DNA of 63,755 nucleotides from Candidatus Zambryskiibacteriota bacterium (GCA_009694965.1 SIBV01000001.1:1-63755); one strand, 5' to 3'. Positions 17,313-25,873 are shown, numbered from the stretch's first letter. The notes: generated by a model not told the origin, from the letters alone. Numbers and translations: made by a program.

Positions 17313-19094
17313 ATGACATCCGCTGAAATAAGGAAGAGATTTTTAGATTTTTTTGAGAAAAGGGGACACTCAATTCTTCCTTCTGCTTCATTAGTACCTG
17401 AAAACGATCCGTCAGTTCTGTTTAATACTGCAGGTATGCAACCTCTGGTTCCATATCTATTAGGTGAGAAGCATCCGAACGGCTCTCGCCTTGCTGACGT
17501 GCAAAAGTGCGTTAGAACAAATGATATAGATGAAGTTGGAGACAACACCCACCTCACCTTTTTTGAAATGATGGGGAACTGGTCACTAGGGGACTACTGG
17601 AAAAAGGAATCTATACAATGGAGTTACGACCTGCTTACTTCTCTTGATGAGGGATTTGGATTAAATCCACAACGGCTTTATGTAACCTGTTTTGAGGGAG
17701 ATTCGAATGCTCCGAAAGATGAGGAATCTGCGCAAATTTGGGAGGAAATTTTTAAGAAAAATGGAGTGACGGGAGAAAGGATATATTTTAGACCAAAAGA
17801 AAAAAATTGGTGGAGTGCAGGGGATAACGGACCGTGTGGACCAGATACGGAGATGTTTTACGATCTTACGGGAGATCTGGATAAAGGGATGACCCTCGAA
17901 GAGTATCTAAAGGCCGATGAGAGCCAGAAAGTTGTGGAGATTTGGAACAATGTTTTTATGGAATATCTTTCAAAGGATGGAAAGGTTGTAGAGAAACTGC
18001 AAAATAGAAACGTGGACACAGGTTCTGGTTTTGAGCGAGTGGTGGCTGTCATTCAAGGAAAGAATAATGTTTTCGATACAGATTTATTTACACCAATAAC
18101 GGAACACCTAAGAGAGAATCCATCTACTTCTATAATCAAATCCGAAAGAATTATTGCTGATCATGTAAGAACAGCTATTTTCCTTATTGCAGATGGAGTT
18201 GTTCCTTCTAATACAGACAGAGGTTATATTTTGAGGAGACTTATTCGAAGAGCAGTGAGACATGCCGATCTCATGAAGCTCCCACCAAATTTCCTACCAA
18301 CCATAATTCCGATCGTTGAAGAAATCTACAAAGATATTTATCCTTATTTAAAGGATGGGAGACCTAAAATTACCTCTGAGATAACTCAAGAGGAGGAAAG
18401 ATTTCGAAAGACACTTTCTGATGGTATGAAACAGTTTCAAAAACTTAGCACGGAAAATATTTCAGGCGAAGAAGCTTTTACTTTGTTTTCAACATATGGT
18501 TTTCCTATTGAGCTTATCCAAGAACTAGCTAAAGAGAAAAATATTAAAGTTGATGTAACAGGCTTCAATAACGCATTTAGATTGCATCAGAAAGCTTCTC
18601 GTGTTGGAGCTGAAGAGAAGTTTAAAGGTGGTTTAGCTGGAACTGGAGAAATGGAAATAAAATATCATACAGCAACCCACTTACTTCACCAAGCACTCCG
18701 AGACGTTCTAGGCAAATCTGTAACGCAAAAAGGAAGCAATATAACAAGTGAAAGACTTCGTTTTGATTTTGCCTTTGAGAGAAAAATGACCGATGACGAA
18801 AAAATGAACGTGCAGAATATTGTAAATGAAAAAATACAAGCAAAACTTCCAGTACAAAAAGTAACTATGAAAAAAGAGGACGCAGAAAAAACTGGAGCCT
18901 TACATTTCTTCGGAGACAAGTACGGTGAGGAGGTAAATGTCTATTTCATCGGAGAAAAAATAGAAGAGGCATACTCAAAAGAGTATTGCGGAGGACCTCA
19001 CACAGAGAATACAGGAAGTTTAGGTAAATTTATAATTACAAAGGAAGAGGCTGTATCAGCTGGTGTTAGACGAATCAAAGCCATATTGGAATAG
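17313..19094 (+). CDS. alaS: alanine--tRNA ligase, compact form lacking the C-Ala domain
   Basis: MTSAEIRKRFLDFFEKRGH...FNTAGMQP; editing-domain HTATHLLH and CGGPH motifs; ORF ends about 35 aa after CGGPH. Confidence 0.9.
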   Translation: MTSAEIRKRFLDFFEKRGHSILPSASLVPENDPSVLFNTAGMQPLVPYLLGEKHPNGSRLADVQKCVRTNDIDEVGDNTHLTFFEMMGNWSLGDYWKKESIQWSYDLLTSLDEGFGLNPQRLYVTCFEGDSNAPKDEESAQIWEEIFKKNGVTGERIYFRPKEKNWWSAGDNGPCGPDTEMFYDLTGDLDKGMTLEEYLKADESQKVVEIWNNVFMEYLSKDGKVVEKLQNRNVDTGSGFERVVAVIQGKNNVFDTDLFTPITEHLRENPSTSIIKSERIIADHVRTAIFLIADGVVPSNTDRGYILRRLIRRAVRHADLMKLPPNFLPTIIPIVEEIYKDIYPYLKDGRPKITSEITQEEERFRKTLSDGMKQFQKLSTENISGEEAFTLFSTYGFPIELIQELAKEKNIKVDVTGFNNAFRLHQKASRVGAEEKFKGGLAGTGEMEIKYHTATHLLHQALRDVLGKSVTQKGSNITSERLRFDFAFERKMTDDEKMNVQNIVNEKIQAKLPVQKVTMKKEDAEKTGALHFFGDKYGEEVNVYFIGEKIEEAYSKEYCGGPHTENTGSLGKFIITKEEAVSAGVRRIKAILE

Positions 19095-19273
19095 TAGCTA
19101 ATTAGTAGCTAGTAGCAAGTAGCTAGGTTAAATACGAATGCTTCTTCTTACAGAATCTGTATATCTTTCGCTTTCTGACTACAGAATGCTCAAGGTCTTG
19201 CGAAGTGATAACATCACTTCTCACTCGTCTCTACACGGTCTTCCTAGCTACTATATACTAGCTACTATATACT
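19092..19273. repeat. family I word-hairpin (AGTAGCTAG words) enclosing B2
   Basis: Arm 19092-19127 (TAGTAGCTAATTAGTAGCTAGTAGCAAGTAGCTAGG) pairs with arm 19243-19273 (CCTAGCTACTATATACTAGCTACT...). Confidence 0.7.
19147..19226 (+). repeat. family B structured repeat, copy B2
   Basis: CTTACAGAATCTGTATATCTTTCGCTTTCTGACTACAGAATGCTCAAGGTCTTGCGAAGTGATAACATCACTTCTCACTC. Confidence 0.8.
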
Positions 19274-19279
19274 ATTATT

Positions 19280-20467
19280 ATGTCGTTTTTGTCTTTTGCA
19301 AAAAAAGAAAATGAAGTATCACTCCTAATAGATATTGGGAACGAAACTGTAAGTATTGCGTTAGTTTCGTATAAGAATAAAACTCCTAATTTTACATATT
19401 ATACAAAAGCTGAGTTTCCTATACTAGAAGAGAGTAGTAAACAAAGAGCTATTACAGGTCTCGGCACTTTGTTAGATCAAATGCTAATCAAGACTCTGAA
19501 GTTAAGAAAAGAAAAAATAGACAAGGTTGTGGTTTCGTTTTCTTCTCCTTGGTACACTTTCATTTCCAAAGAAGTACACCTCGCGGAAGGCAAAGATTTT
19601 TTTATAACAAAATCATTTCTTGAAAGTGTTTTAGTAAGAGAAGAGAAATTGTATATCAAGGAATTGAGTGAGGGTAGGGAGGGCGAAGTTAAAAATCAAC
19701 ATAGTGTAGTTGAAAGGTCTATCGTTCACGCCAAGATAAACGGTTACGTTTTAAACAATATGCTAGGCAAAAAAACAAAATCTTTTGATGCATATTTATA
19801 TATTTCAGCCATTTCTACAAAAATTGAAGAAAAAGTCGTAGATGTAATTTCTAAACATACACATATTTCTCGAGGGAACATTTCACTCTATACTTCTCCT
19901 TTGGTGTCATTTCATACTATACGAGATAGGTTTCCAGATGATAGGGATTTCTTACTCATGAATATAACAGGAGAATCTACTGATTTTTCATTAGTAAAAG
20001 GTGATGTTATTGAAAGTAATATTCAGTTTCCACTTGGCAGAAGCTATATTATTCGGAAAATTGCAAAATCTGCTAAAGTTTCATCTGAAATCTCTGAATC
20101 AATGCTTCATATGTATTTACAACAGAAAACAGATGAAGTTACTACTAGTCTAATAGAGGAGACTCTAACAGAAATTGAAGAAGAGTGGGCAGTATATTTT
20201 GAAGACGTTTTTGTCTCCCTATGCAAGACCCGTGATTACCCAATAAAAATTTTTCTAATTTCTGACGAAGATGTTGTGACAATTTTCTCAAATTTTTTAA
20301 AATTGGTAAAAACGGATTCTACAGCATTATTTAGAAAAAATATGAAGCTTTGCTTGATTGACGAGCTAACTATTGCTGATCTGTACGAATCTTCTATTGA
20401 AGTTAATCCTAGTGTCGCACTAGTTCTCCTAGCTATTTTTCACAGCAGGGTTAAAAGTAATTCTTAA
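19280..20467 (+). CDS. hypothetical protein, possibly a divergent actin-fold ATPase (FtsA/PilM-like)
   Basis: N-terminal SLLIDIGNETVSIALVS resembles the phosphate-1 motif of actin-like ATPases; assignment weak. Confidence 0.4.
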   Translation: MSFLSFAKKENEVSLLIDIGNETVSIALVSYKNKTPNFTYYTKAEFPILEESSKQRAITGLGTLLDQMLIKTLKLRKEKIDKVVVSFSSPWYTFISKEVHLAEGKDFFITKSFLESVLVREEKLYIKELSEGREGEVKNQHSVVERSIVHAKINGYVLNNMLGKKTKSFDAYLYISAISTKIEEKVVDVISKHTHISRGNISLYTSPLVSFHTIRDRFPDDRDFLLMNITGESTDFSLVKGDVIESNIQFPLGRSYIIRKIAKSAKVSSEISESMLHMYLQQKTDEVTTSLIEETLTEIEEEWAVYFEDVFVSLCKTRDYPIKIFLISDEDVVTIFSNFLKLVKTDSTALFRKNMKLCLIDELTIADLYESSIEVNPSVALVLLAIFHSRVKSNS

Positions 20468-20560
20468 AACATCAATTATTAACAGGCATATTTGCAAACT
20501 CAATTTTTTGCGTTACAATATAATAAGTATTTTACGTAAATAAATTCTCATTAAAAAAGT

Positions 20561-21934
20561 ATGAAAAAAAACATTGTTCAAGATGTTATACCACCAAAAA
20601 AATCTATTCGTAATGTAGAATTGCCTTCTAGAATGCGTAAAAATCAACCAGTTGAAGAAGTAAATGTTAATGCTGGTTTTGAAAAGGTAGAGTCCGCTCG
20701 AAAGCCTCGTACTATTCATAAACAAACTGCCGAAATTCGACGCCCAAAGGAGGAGAAAATGGAACAATCCTATAAGTATGAGTACGACGGGCCTCCAAAA
20801 TCTTCAAAGAGAATCTTATACATAGCTGTTGGACTTTTTATCTTGGCTCTACTTTTCGGAATTTCAGCACTATTTCGAAGCGCGGAAATAAGAGTAACTC
20901 CAAAACAAGATTTCAAAACTTTGAACGAAACATTTGTTGCAAAAAAAGATTCTACAACTGGTCTTGCATACCAACTAGTCACAATCACAAAGGACGTGGA
21001 AAAGACGGTGGATGCTACTAGCGAGCAAAAAGTTGAAAAGAAGGCAACTGGAAGAATAATCATATATAACAATTCGGGATCTCAGGCACAGAAACTCGTA
21101 GCGACTACTAGATTTGAAACGGGAGAGGGATTAATTTTCCGTTTGATAAACAACGCTGTTATCCCAGGTCGCACAATAAAGGATGGTAAAACTATAGCTG
21201 GAAGCCTGGAAGTTCAAGTTGAGGCAGACAAAAGCGGAGAACTCTATAATATAGGACTCAAGGACTTCACAGTGCCAGGCTTTAAGGGAGACCCTAAATA
21301 TACTCAAGTGTATGCAAGATCAAAAACTATAATGAGCGGCGGTTTTTCTGGTATGCAAAAAGTAGTTTCGAAGGAAATTATGGATAGTGTTGAAGCGCAA
21401 TTAGAATCCGAGCTAAAGGAATCTTTGTCAAAGGATATGATTTCTCAAGTACCAGCAAATTTTGCACTTTATGAAAATAGCATCACATACAAACTAGAGC
21501 CAGTTATTCAGGGCAATGGCGCAAACGGTGTAGCTGTTATTAAAAGGAAGGGTGTTGCAAATGCTATAATTTTCGACAAAGGATCCTTGTCTAGAGTTAT
21601 AATCGCAAAAGTTTTACCGGAATCGACTGACAATGTAGTAAAAATAGTAAACCTTGATCAGTTGAACTTTACCTTCAGTACGAGTGAAGCTTTCAACCCA
21701 ACTACAAGCTCATCTGTCAGTTTTGAACTAAAGGGAGAACCTCATCTAGTTTGGGTCTTTGATGAAAACAAGCTTAAATCTGACTTGCTAGGCTTATCAA
21801 AGAAGAGTGCAAAAACGGTTATTAGGGCTTACCCAAATATCACAGAAGAGTGGGTTGAAATCTCACCTTTCTGGAATCAGACCATTCCAAACAACCCTGA
21901 AAACGTAAAACTCGTAAATACCTTGTCCCAATAG
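20561..21934 (+). CDS. conserved hypothetical single-pass membrane protein
   Basis: Basic N-terminus, one TM (ILYIAVGLFILALLFGISALF), large extracytoplasmic beta-rich region. Confidence 0.5.
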   Translation: MKKNIVQDVIPPKKSIRNVELPSRMRKNQPVEEVNVNAGFEKVESARKPRTIHKQTAEIRRPKEEKMEQSYKYEYDGPPKSSKRILYIAVGLFILALLFGISALFRSAEIRVTPKQDFKTLNETFVAKKDSTTGLAYQLVTITKDVEKTVDATSEQKVEKKATGRIIIYNNSGSQAQKLVATTRFETGEGLIFRLINNAVIPGRTIKDGKTIAGSLEVQVEADKSGELYNIGLKDFTVPGFKGDPKYTQVYARSKTIMSGGFSGMQKVVSKEIMDSVEAQLESELKESLSKDMISQVPANFALYENSITYKLEPVIQGNGANGVAVIKRKGVANAIIFDKGSLSRVIIAKVLPESTDNVVKIVNLDQLNFTFSTSEAFNPTTSSSVSFELKGEPHLVWVFDENKLKSDLLGLSKKSAKTVIRAYPNITEEWVEISPFWNQTIPNNPENVKLVNTLSQ

Positions 21935-21997
21935 TAGAATTTGGCATAGCACTAAAGTGCAGCAAGACCAGATGCCAAATTCACTATAGGATTAACC
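21932..21997 (+). repeat. family D REP-like hairpin, long form, copy D1a
   Basis: TAGTAGAATTTGGCAT-loop-ATGCCAAATTCACTATAGGATTAACC; begins in the stop codon of the upstream ORF. Confidence 0.8.
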
Positions 21998-22028
21998 CCG
22001 TAGTGAGCTATGCTCTACTCCAGGGTTG
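21996..22028 (-). repeat. family D REP-like hairpin, short form, copy D1b
   Basis: CCCCGTAGTGAGCTATGCTCTACTCCAGGGTTGA. Confidence 0.75.
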
Positions 22029-22102
22029 ACGAAATAGGGTTAATTCTGATACCATACAACCTGTATTAAAAAATAAGCTAATAAAGAAAACGGGACAAAA
22101 TA

Positions 22103-22324
22103 ATGCAAGATCCTAACAAAAAAGTCGCGGAAGTTTCTGCTAGAGTTACAGAGGCATTACCCAATACTTTCTTTAAGGTAAAAAGAGATGATACAGGAGA
22201 AGAGATGCTAACATATCTCTCAGGAAAAATGAGACTTCATAGGATTAGAGTTTTGATTGGAGACAGAGTTACAGTGGAGATTGAACCTTATGGCGGCAAG
22301 GGTCGCATAATAAAGCGAGTTTAG
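22103..22324 (+). CDS. infA: translation initiation factor IF-1
   Basis: 73 aa S1-like fold; ...ALPNTFFKVKRDDTGEEMLTYLSGKMRLHRIRVLIGDRV. Confidence 0.95.
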   Translation: MQDPNKKVAEVSARVTEALPNTFFKVKRDDTGEEMLTYLSGKMRLHRIRVLIGDRVTVEIEPYGGKGRIIKRV

Positions 22325-22326
22325 TT

Positions 22327-22434
22327 AAACATACGAATATACGAATAATACAAATCTACAAATGGCTACGAATAAGAAAATCACTTCGAACCCATTTGTA
22401 ACTATTCGTAACATTCGCATAATTTTTGTATCGT
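22327..22434 (+). repeat. family A word-hairpin (ACGAAT words), copy A1
   Basis: AAACATACGAATATACGAATAATACAAATCTACAAATGGCTACGAATAAG ... ATTCGTAACATTCGCATAATTTTTGTATCG. Confidence 0.8.
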
Positions 22435-22435
22435 A

Positions 22436-22552
22436 ATGAAAGTAAAATCATCAGTTAAAAAAATATGTTCAAAATGTCAGGTAGTCCGAAGAAAAGGCTA
22501 CGTTTATGTTGTTTGTGAAGCAAATGCAAAACATAAGCAACGCCAGGGATAG
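22436..22552 (+). CDS. rpmJ: 50S ribosomal protein L36
   Basis: Own translation: [38 protein letters not shown]; not in the ORF track (38 aa). Confidence 0.9.
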   Translation: MKVKSSVKKICSKCQVVRRKGYVYVVCEANAKHKQRQG

Positions 22553-22560
22553 ACTAGTTC

Positions 22561-22627
22561 GTAAAGTTTATAAAGTTGAAAGTTATAAAGAAAAATAACA
22601 TAAAAGACTTTACAAACTTTATAACTT
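22561..22627. repeat. family F word-hairpin, copy F2
   Basis: GTAAAGTTTATAAAGTTGAAAGTTATAAAG ... CTTTACAAACTTTATAACTT. Confidence 0.75.
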
Positions 22628-22631
22628 ATAT

Positions 22632-23009
22632 ATGAGAATACTAGGAATCACATTACCAGAGGAGAAAAGAATAGAGATTGGATTAACAGTCCTCTACGGT
22701 GTTGGACGATCTAGAGCTCAAACTGTTTTGGATCAGGCAAAGGTTCCCTATGGATTGAAGCCAAAAGAAATTTCAGTTGAACAAGAGAACGCAATTCGAA
22801 AAGTTGTAGAATCTTTTAAAATTGAAGGAGATTTGAAACGAGAAACTGCAGGAAACATAAAGAGACTAAAGGATATCAAGTCATATAGAGGGTCTCGACA
22901 CTCAAAAAATCTTCCAAGCCGAGGTCAGCGAACAAAAACAAATGCTAGAACAAAGAGAGGCGCGAAGAAGACGATGGGTACGGGACGCAAGATAGCCGAT
23001 AAAAAATAA
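22632..23009 (+). CDS. rpsM: 30S ribosomal protein S13
   Basis: MRILGITLPEEKRIEIGLTVLYGVGRSRA... Confidence 0.95.
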   Translation: MRILGITLPEEKRIEIGLTVLYGVGRSRAQTVLDQAKVPYGLKPKEISVEQENAIRKVVESFKIEGDLKRETAGNIKRLKDIKSYRGSRHSKNLPSRGQRTKTNARTKRGAKKTMGTGRKIADKK

Positions 23010-23012
23010 ATT

Positions 23013-23130
23013 AAACATACGAATATGCGAATAATACAAATCAACGAATGGCTACGAATAAGAGAAAATTCAACAACCTGTATTATTCGTGGTAATTCGT
23101 ATCATTCGTACATTCGTTAATTCGTATATT
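23013..23130 (+). repeat. family A word-hairpin, copy A2
   Basis: AAACATACGAATATGCGAATAATACAAATCAACGAATGGCTACGAATAAG ... TATTATTCGTGGTAATTCGTATCATTCGTACATTCGTTAATTCGTATATT. Confidence 0.85.
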
Positions 23131-23141
23131 TAATTAATAAA

Positions 23142-23573
23142 ATGGGAAAAAAAAGAATTGTAAAAAAAGATGGGGATAAGGTAGAGGGAGCGAAAGCTAA
23201 CCTTGTTTCTACTGTATCCAAAAAGAAGGTTGAGGTAGGAACACTATATATACAATCAACATACAACAACACCAAGATTGTTCTGACTGACTCAAAAGGA
23301 GCGGTATTAGCCACTTCATCATCAGGATCTATTGGTTTCAAAGGTGCAAAGAAGGGAACTCCTTTCGCAGCGGCGAAGGTAGGTGAAATACTGGGTGCAA
23401 AAGCCGCTACTATGGGAATGAAGGAAGTTTCAGTTGTTGTGAAGGGTGTAGGATCAGGTAGAGAGTCGGGAATAAGAGGGTTTATTTCAAAAGGAATAAA
23501 CATAAACTCAATCAAGGATGTCACTCCAGTTCCTCATAATGGACCGAAACCAAAGAAGCCGCGTCGCGTATAA
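23142..23573 (+). CDS. rpsK: 30S ribosomal protein S11
   Basis: ...LYIQSTYNNTKIVLTDSKGAVLATSSSGSIGFKGAKKGTPFAA... Confidence 0.95.
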   Translation: MGKKRIVKKDGDKVEGAKANLVSTVSKKKVEVGTLYIQSTYNNTKIVLTDSKGAVLATSSSGSIGFKGAKKGTPFAAAKVGEILGAKAATMGMKEVSVVVKGVGSGRESGIRGFISKGININSIKDVTPVPHNGPKPKKPRRV

Positions 23574-23580
23574 CACGACA

Positions 23581-23645
23581 AATTTAGACTTTAGAATTTA
23601 AACTTTAAAAATTAATTCTAAATTATAAATTAAAATTATTTAAAA
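23581..23645. repeat. family H word-hairpin (AATTTAAA/TTTAGA words), copy H1
   Basis: AATTTAGACTTTAGAATTTAAACTTTAAAAATTAATTCTAAATTATAAATTAAAATT; shares TTTAGACTTTAAAA.TTAATTCTAA with H2. Confidence 0.7.
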
Positions 23646-23647
23646 CA

Positions 23648-24256
23648 ATGATCACAGGACCAAAATACAAAATAGCACGACGCCTCGGGGCACCAATCTT
23701 TGAGAAAACTCAAACTCAAAAGTATGCACTTCACCTAGAAAGAAAAGGAAAGAAGAGAGGTTTTTCTAAACCAAAATCCGAATACGGACTACAACTCATT
23801 GAAAAGCAAAAAGCTAGATTTACATACGGGCTTGGTGAAAGACAATTTTCAAACTATGTTAAGGAGGCTTTAGACAAGAAGACAGATAATGCACCTCAAA
23901 CTATATTCCAGTTTCTAGAGCTTAGACTCGATAATGTTATCTACAGACTTGGATTTTCTCCAACTAGATCTGGTGCACGACAGATAGCATCTCACGGCCA
24001 CATGAAGGTTAATGGCAGAAAAGTTGATACTCCTTCAAGACGACTTGTAATTGGAGATAAGATAGAAATTACAGACAGATCATTGAAGAAGCCTTTGTTT
24101 GAGAATCTAGACGAAAGAACAAAAAACGTTACAGTTCCGTCATGGATAAAGTACGACGCAGTAAAGAAAATTGCCAGCATACAAGGAATGCCACAGCTAG
24201 TGAAGACAGATAACATGTTTGATTTGAACACAGTTATAGAATTCTACAGCCGTTAA
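23648..24256 (+). CDS. rpsD: 30S ribosomal protein S4
   Basis: MITGPKYKIARRLG...; S4 RNA-binding domain ...RLDNVIYRLGFSPTRSGARQIASHGHMKVNGRKV. Confidence 0.95.
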   Translation: MITGPKYKIARRLGAPIFEKTQTQKYALHLERKGKKRGFSKPKSEYGLQLIEKQKARFTYGLGERQFSNYVKEALDKKTDNAPQTIFQFLELRLDNVIYRLGFSPTRSGARQIASHGHMKVNGRKVDTPSRRLVIGDKIEITDRSLKKPLFENLDERTKNVTVPSWIKYDAVKKIASIQGMPQLVKTDNMFDLNTVIEFYSR

Positions 24257-24266
24257 TGGGTAGAGG

Positions 24267-24324
24267 TACGAAATAAGATATACGAGATAAGATTGAGAGT
24301 TTATAGTTTCTCGTGTTTCGTGCT
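24267..24324. repeat. divergent family A-like hairpin (ACGAA/ACGAG words), copy A9
   Basis: TACGAAATAAGATATACGAGATAAG ... TTTCTCGTGTTTCGTGC. Confidence 0.45.
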
Positions 24325-24402
24325 CCGTAACTCTTGCGTCAATTCATGAATTAGTGTATATTATTATTCGCTTTATAAACTTTTAATAAAAAATTACCCT
24401 AT

Positions 24403-25356
24403 ATGTCTGATTACATAATTGTATTGCCATCAAAACCAAAAATAGTCACTGAAAAAGAGTTCAGTGGTTCTTATGAAATAGACGGATTGTACCCGGGTTA
24501 CGGCCACACCTTAGGTAACTCACTCAGAAGAATTATCCTTTCGTCACTTCCGGGATCAGCAGTTACTTCTGTTAAGATCGAAGGAATTCCACATGAATTC
24601 TCAGTTATTCCTGGTGTAAAGGAGGATGCTATCACTATTCTGTTAAATTTGAAGAAGATTAGACTAAATATGGTCAGTGATGAACCTCAAGTTCTAACTC
24701 TAAAAGTAAAGGGTGTAAAGGAGGTAACGGCAGGGGACATAAAAATAACAGGAGGTATCGAGGTTTTAAACCCTGAACTAGTTATTGCAACTCTAACTGA
24801 CGCAAAAGCAGAACTTGATATGGAAATCACAGTTGAAAAGGGCCTAGGATTCGTATCAAAGGAAGTATTACAAAAAAATAGAGTTGATATCGCTCAAATT
24901 ACACTGGACGCAATCTTCACTCCTATTAGACGAGTGAGTTACGAAGTTGAAAATATGCGAGTGGGGGACAGAACAGATTTCAATAGACTAAAAATCTTTA
25001 TTGAAACAGATGGAACTATCACTCCAAAAGAGGCTCTAGAAAAATCCATAGAGACTATGATAAATCAATTAAAGGCTATTATTGGTTTCAAGGAAGAGGA
25101 CGTGTTGGTTGCACCTCAGCACAAAGCTGGTGCAGAAGACAATGTAATAGTTGATGAAGACTCACTAAAGACTCGAATCGATACTCTTAACTTCTCAGCT
25201 CGAACAATGAATGCGCTTTCTGCAGCAAACATTCGCACAGTTGGTGGCCTTGCTAGAAAGAAGGAGAAGGATATATTGGATATTGAAGGAATGGGAGCAA
25301 AAGGACTTTCTGAAATCAAGGAAGTGCTAGCTACATTTGGAATAACGTTGAAATAA
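24403..25356 (+). CDS. rpoA: DNA-directed RNA polymerase subunit alpha
   Basis: N-terminal domain ...GYGHTLGNSLRRILLSSLPG-like; C-terminal domain ...LNFSARTMNALSAANIRTVGGL. Confidence 0.95.
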   Translation: MSDYIIVLPSKPKIVTEKEFSGSYEIDGLYPGYGHTLGNSLRRIILSSLPGSAVTSVKIEGIPHEFSVIPGVKEDAITILLNLKKIRLNMVSDEPQVLTLKVKGVKEVTAGDIKITGGIEVLNPELVIATLTDAKAELDMEITVEKGLGFVSKEVLQKNRVDIAQITLDAIFTPIRRVSYEVENMRVGDRTDFNRLKIFIETDGTITPKEALEKSIETMINQLKAIIGFKEEDVLVAPQHKAGAEDNVIVDEDSLKTRIDTLNFSARTMNALSAANIRTVGGLARKKEKDILDIEGMGAKGLSEIKEVLATFGITLK

Positions 25357-25362
25357 GTAGAT

Positions 25363-25479
25363 AAACATACGAATATGCAAATAACACCAATAATACGAAT
25401 AGCTACGAATAAAATTCAGAAGTCTGTGGTATTATTCGCATTCATTCATACATTCGCATAATTCGTTAATTCGTATATT
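25363..25479 (+). repeat. family A word-hairpin, copy A3
   Basis: AAACATACGAATATGCAAATAACACCAATAATACGAATAGCTACGAATAAA ... TATTATTCGCATTCATTCATACATTCGCATAATTCGTTAATTCGTATATT. Confidence 0.85.
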
Positions 25480-25485
25480 AATTTC

Positions 25486-25833
25486 ATGAATCACCACAAA
25501 ACTACAAGAAAATTCGGACGAGTAAAGAAAGTTAGAGACGGACTGATGAAGTCCTTGGCTCTTTCACTTGTTGTAAGAGGAAAAATTAAGACTACTGATG
25601 CAAAAGCTCGAGAACTACGACCTATGGTAGAAAAGATGATTACACAAGGTAGACTTGGAACTATTGCTTCACGACGAGCACTTGTTTCAAAAGTAGGAGT
25701 TATCGGTGCTGACAAGATTTTCAAGGATTTAGCACCAAAGTATGTCGGAAGAGCAGGTGGATACACTAGAATTACTAAGTTGCCAGCACGAGTCTCAGAT
25801 GGTTCACTCATGGCTGTTATCGAATTCGTTTAG
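25486..25833 (+). CDS. rplQ: 50S ribosomal protein L17
   Basis: MNHHKTTRKFGRVKKVRDGLMKSLALSLV...GGYTRITKL. Confidence 0.95.
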   Translation: MNHHKTTRKFGRVKKVRDGLMKSLALSLVVRGKIKTTDAKARELRPMVEKMITQGRLGTIASRRALVSKVGVIGADKIFKDLAPKYVGRAGGYTRITKLPARVSDGSLMAVIEFV

Positions 25834-25873
25834 GCCTTTACTTTCAACTTTAAACTTGATAACTTTTAAACTC

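Noticed and set aside
23117-23524. 135-aa minus-strand ORF, with similar antisense ORFs at 863-1129, 25491-25811, 28737-29127, 29589-29852, 31370-32053, 46216-46743, 47046-47369, 48593-48952, 57279-57929 and 59388-59816
   Set aside because: Each lies fully inside a well-supported conserved gene on the other strand. They are typical shadow frames with low-complexity Ser/Pro/Phe-rich translations.
25742-25873. Upstream extension of rplM overlapping rplQ
   Set aside because: It would overlap 92 nt of rplQ in another frame. The conserved L13 N-terminus begins at ATG 25874.
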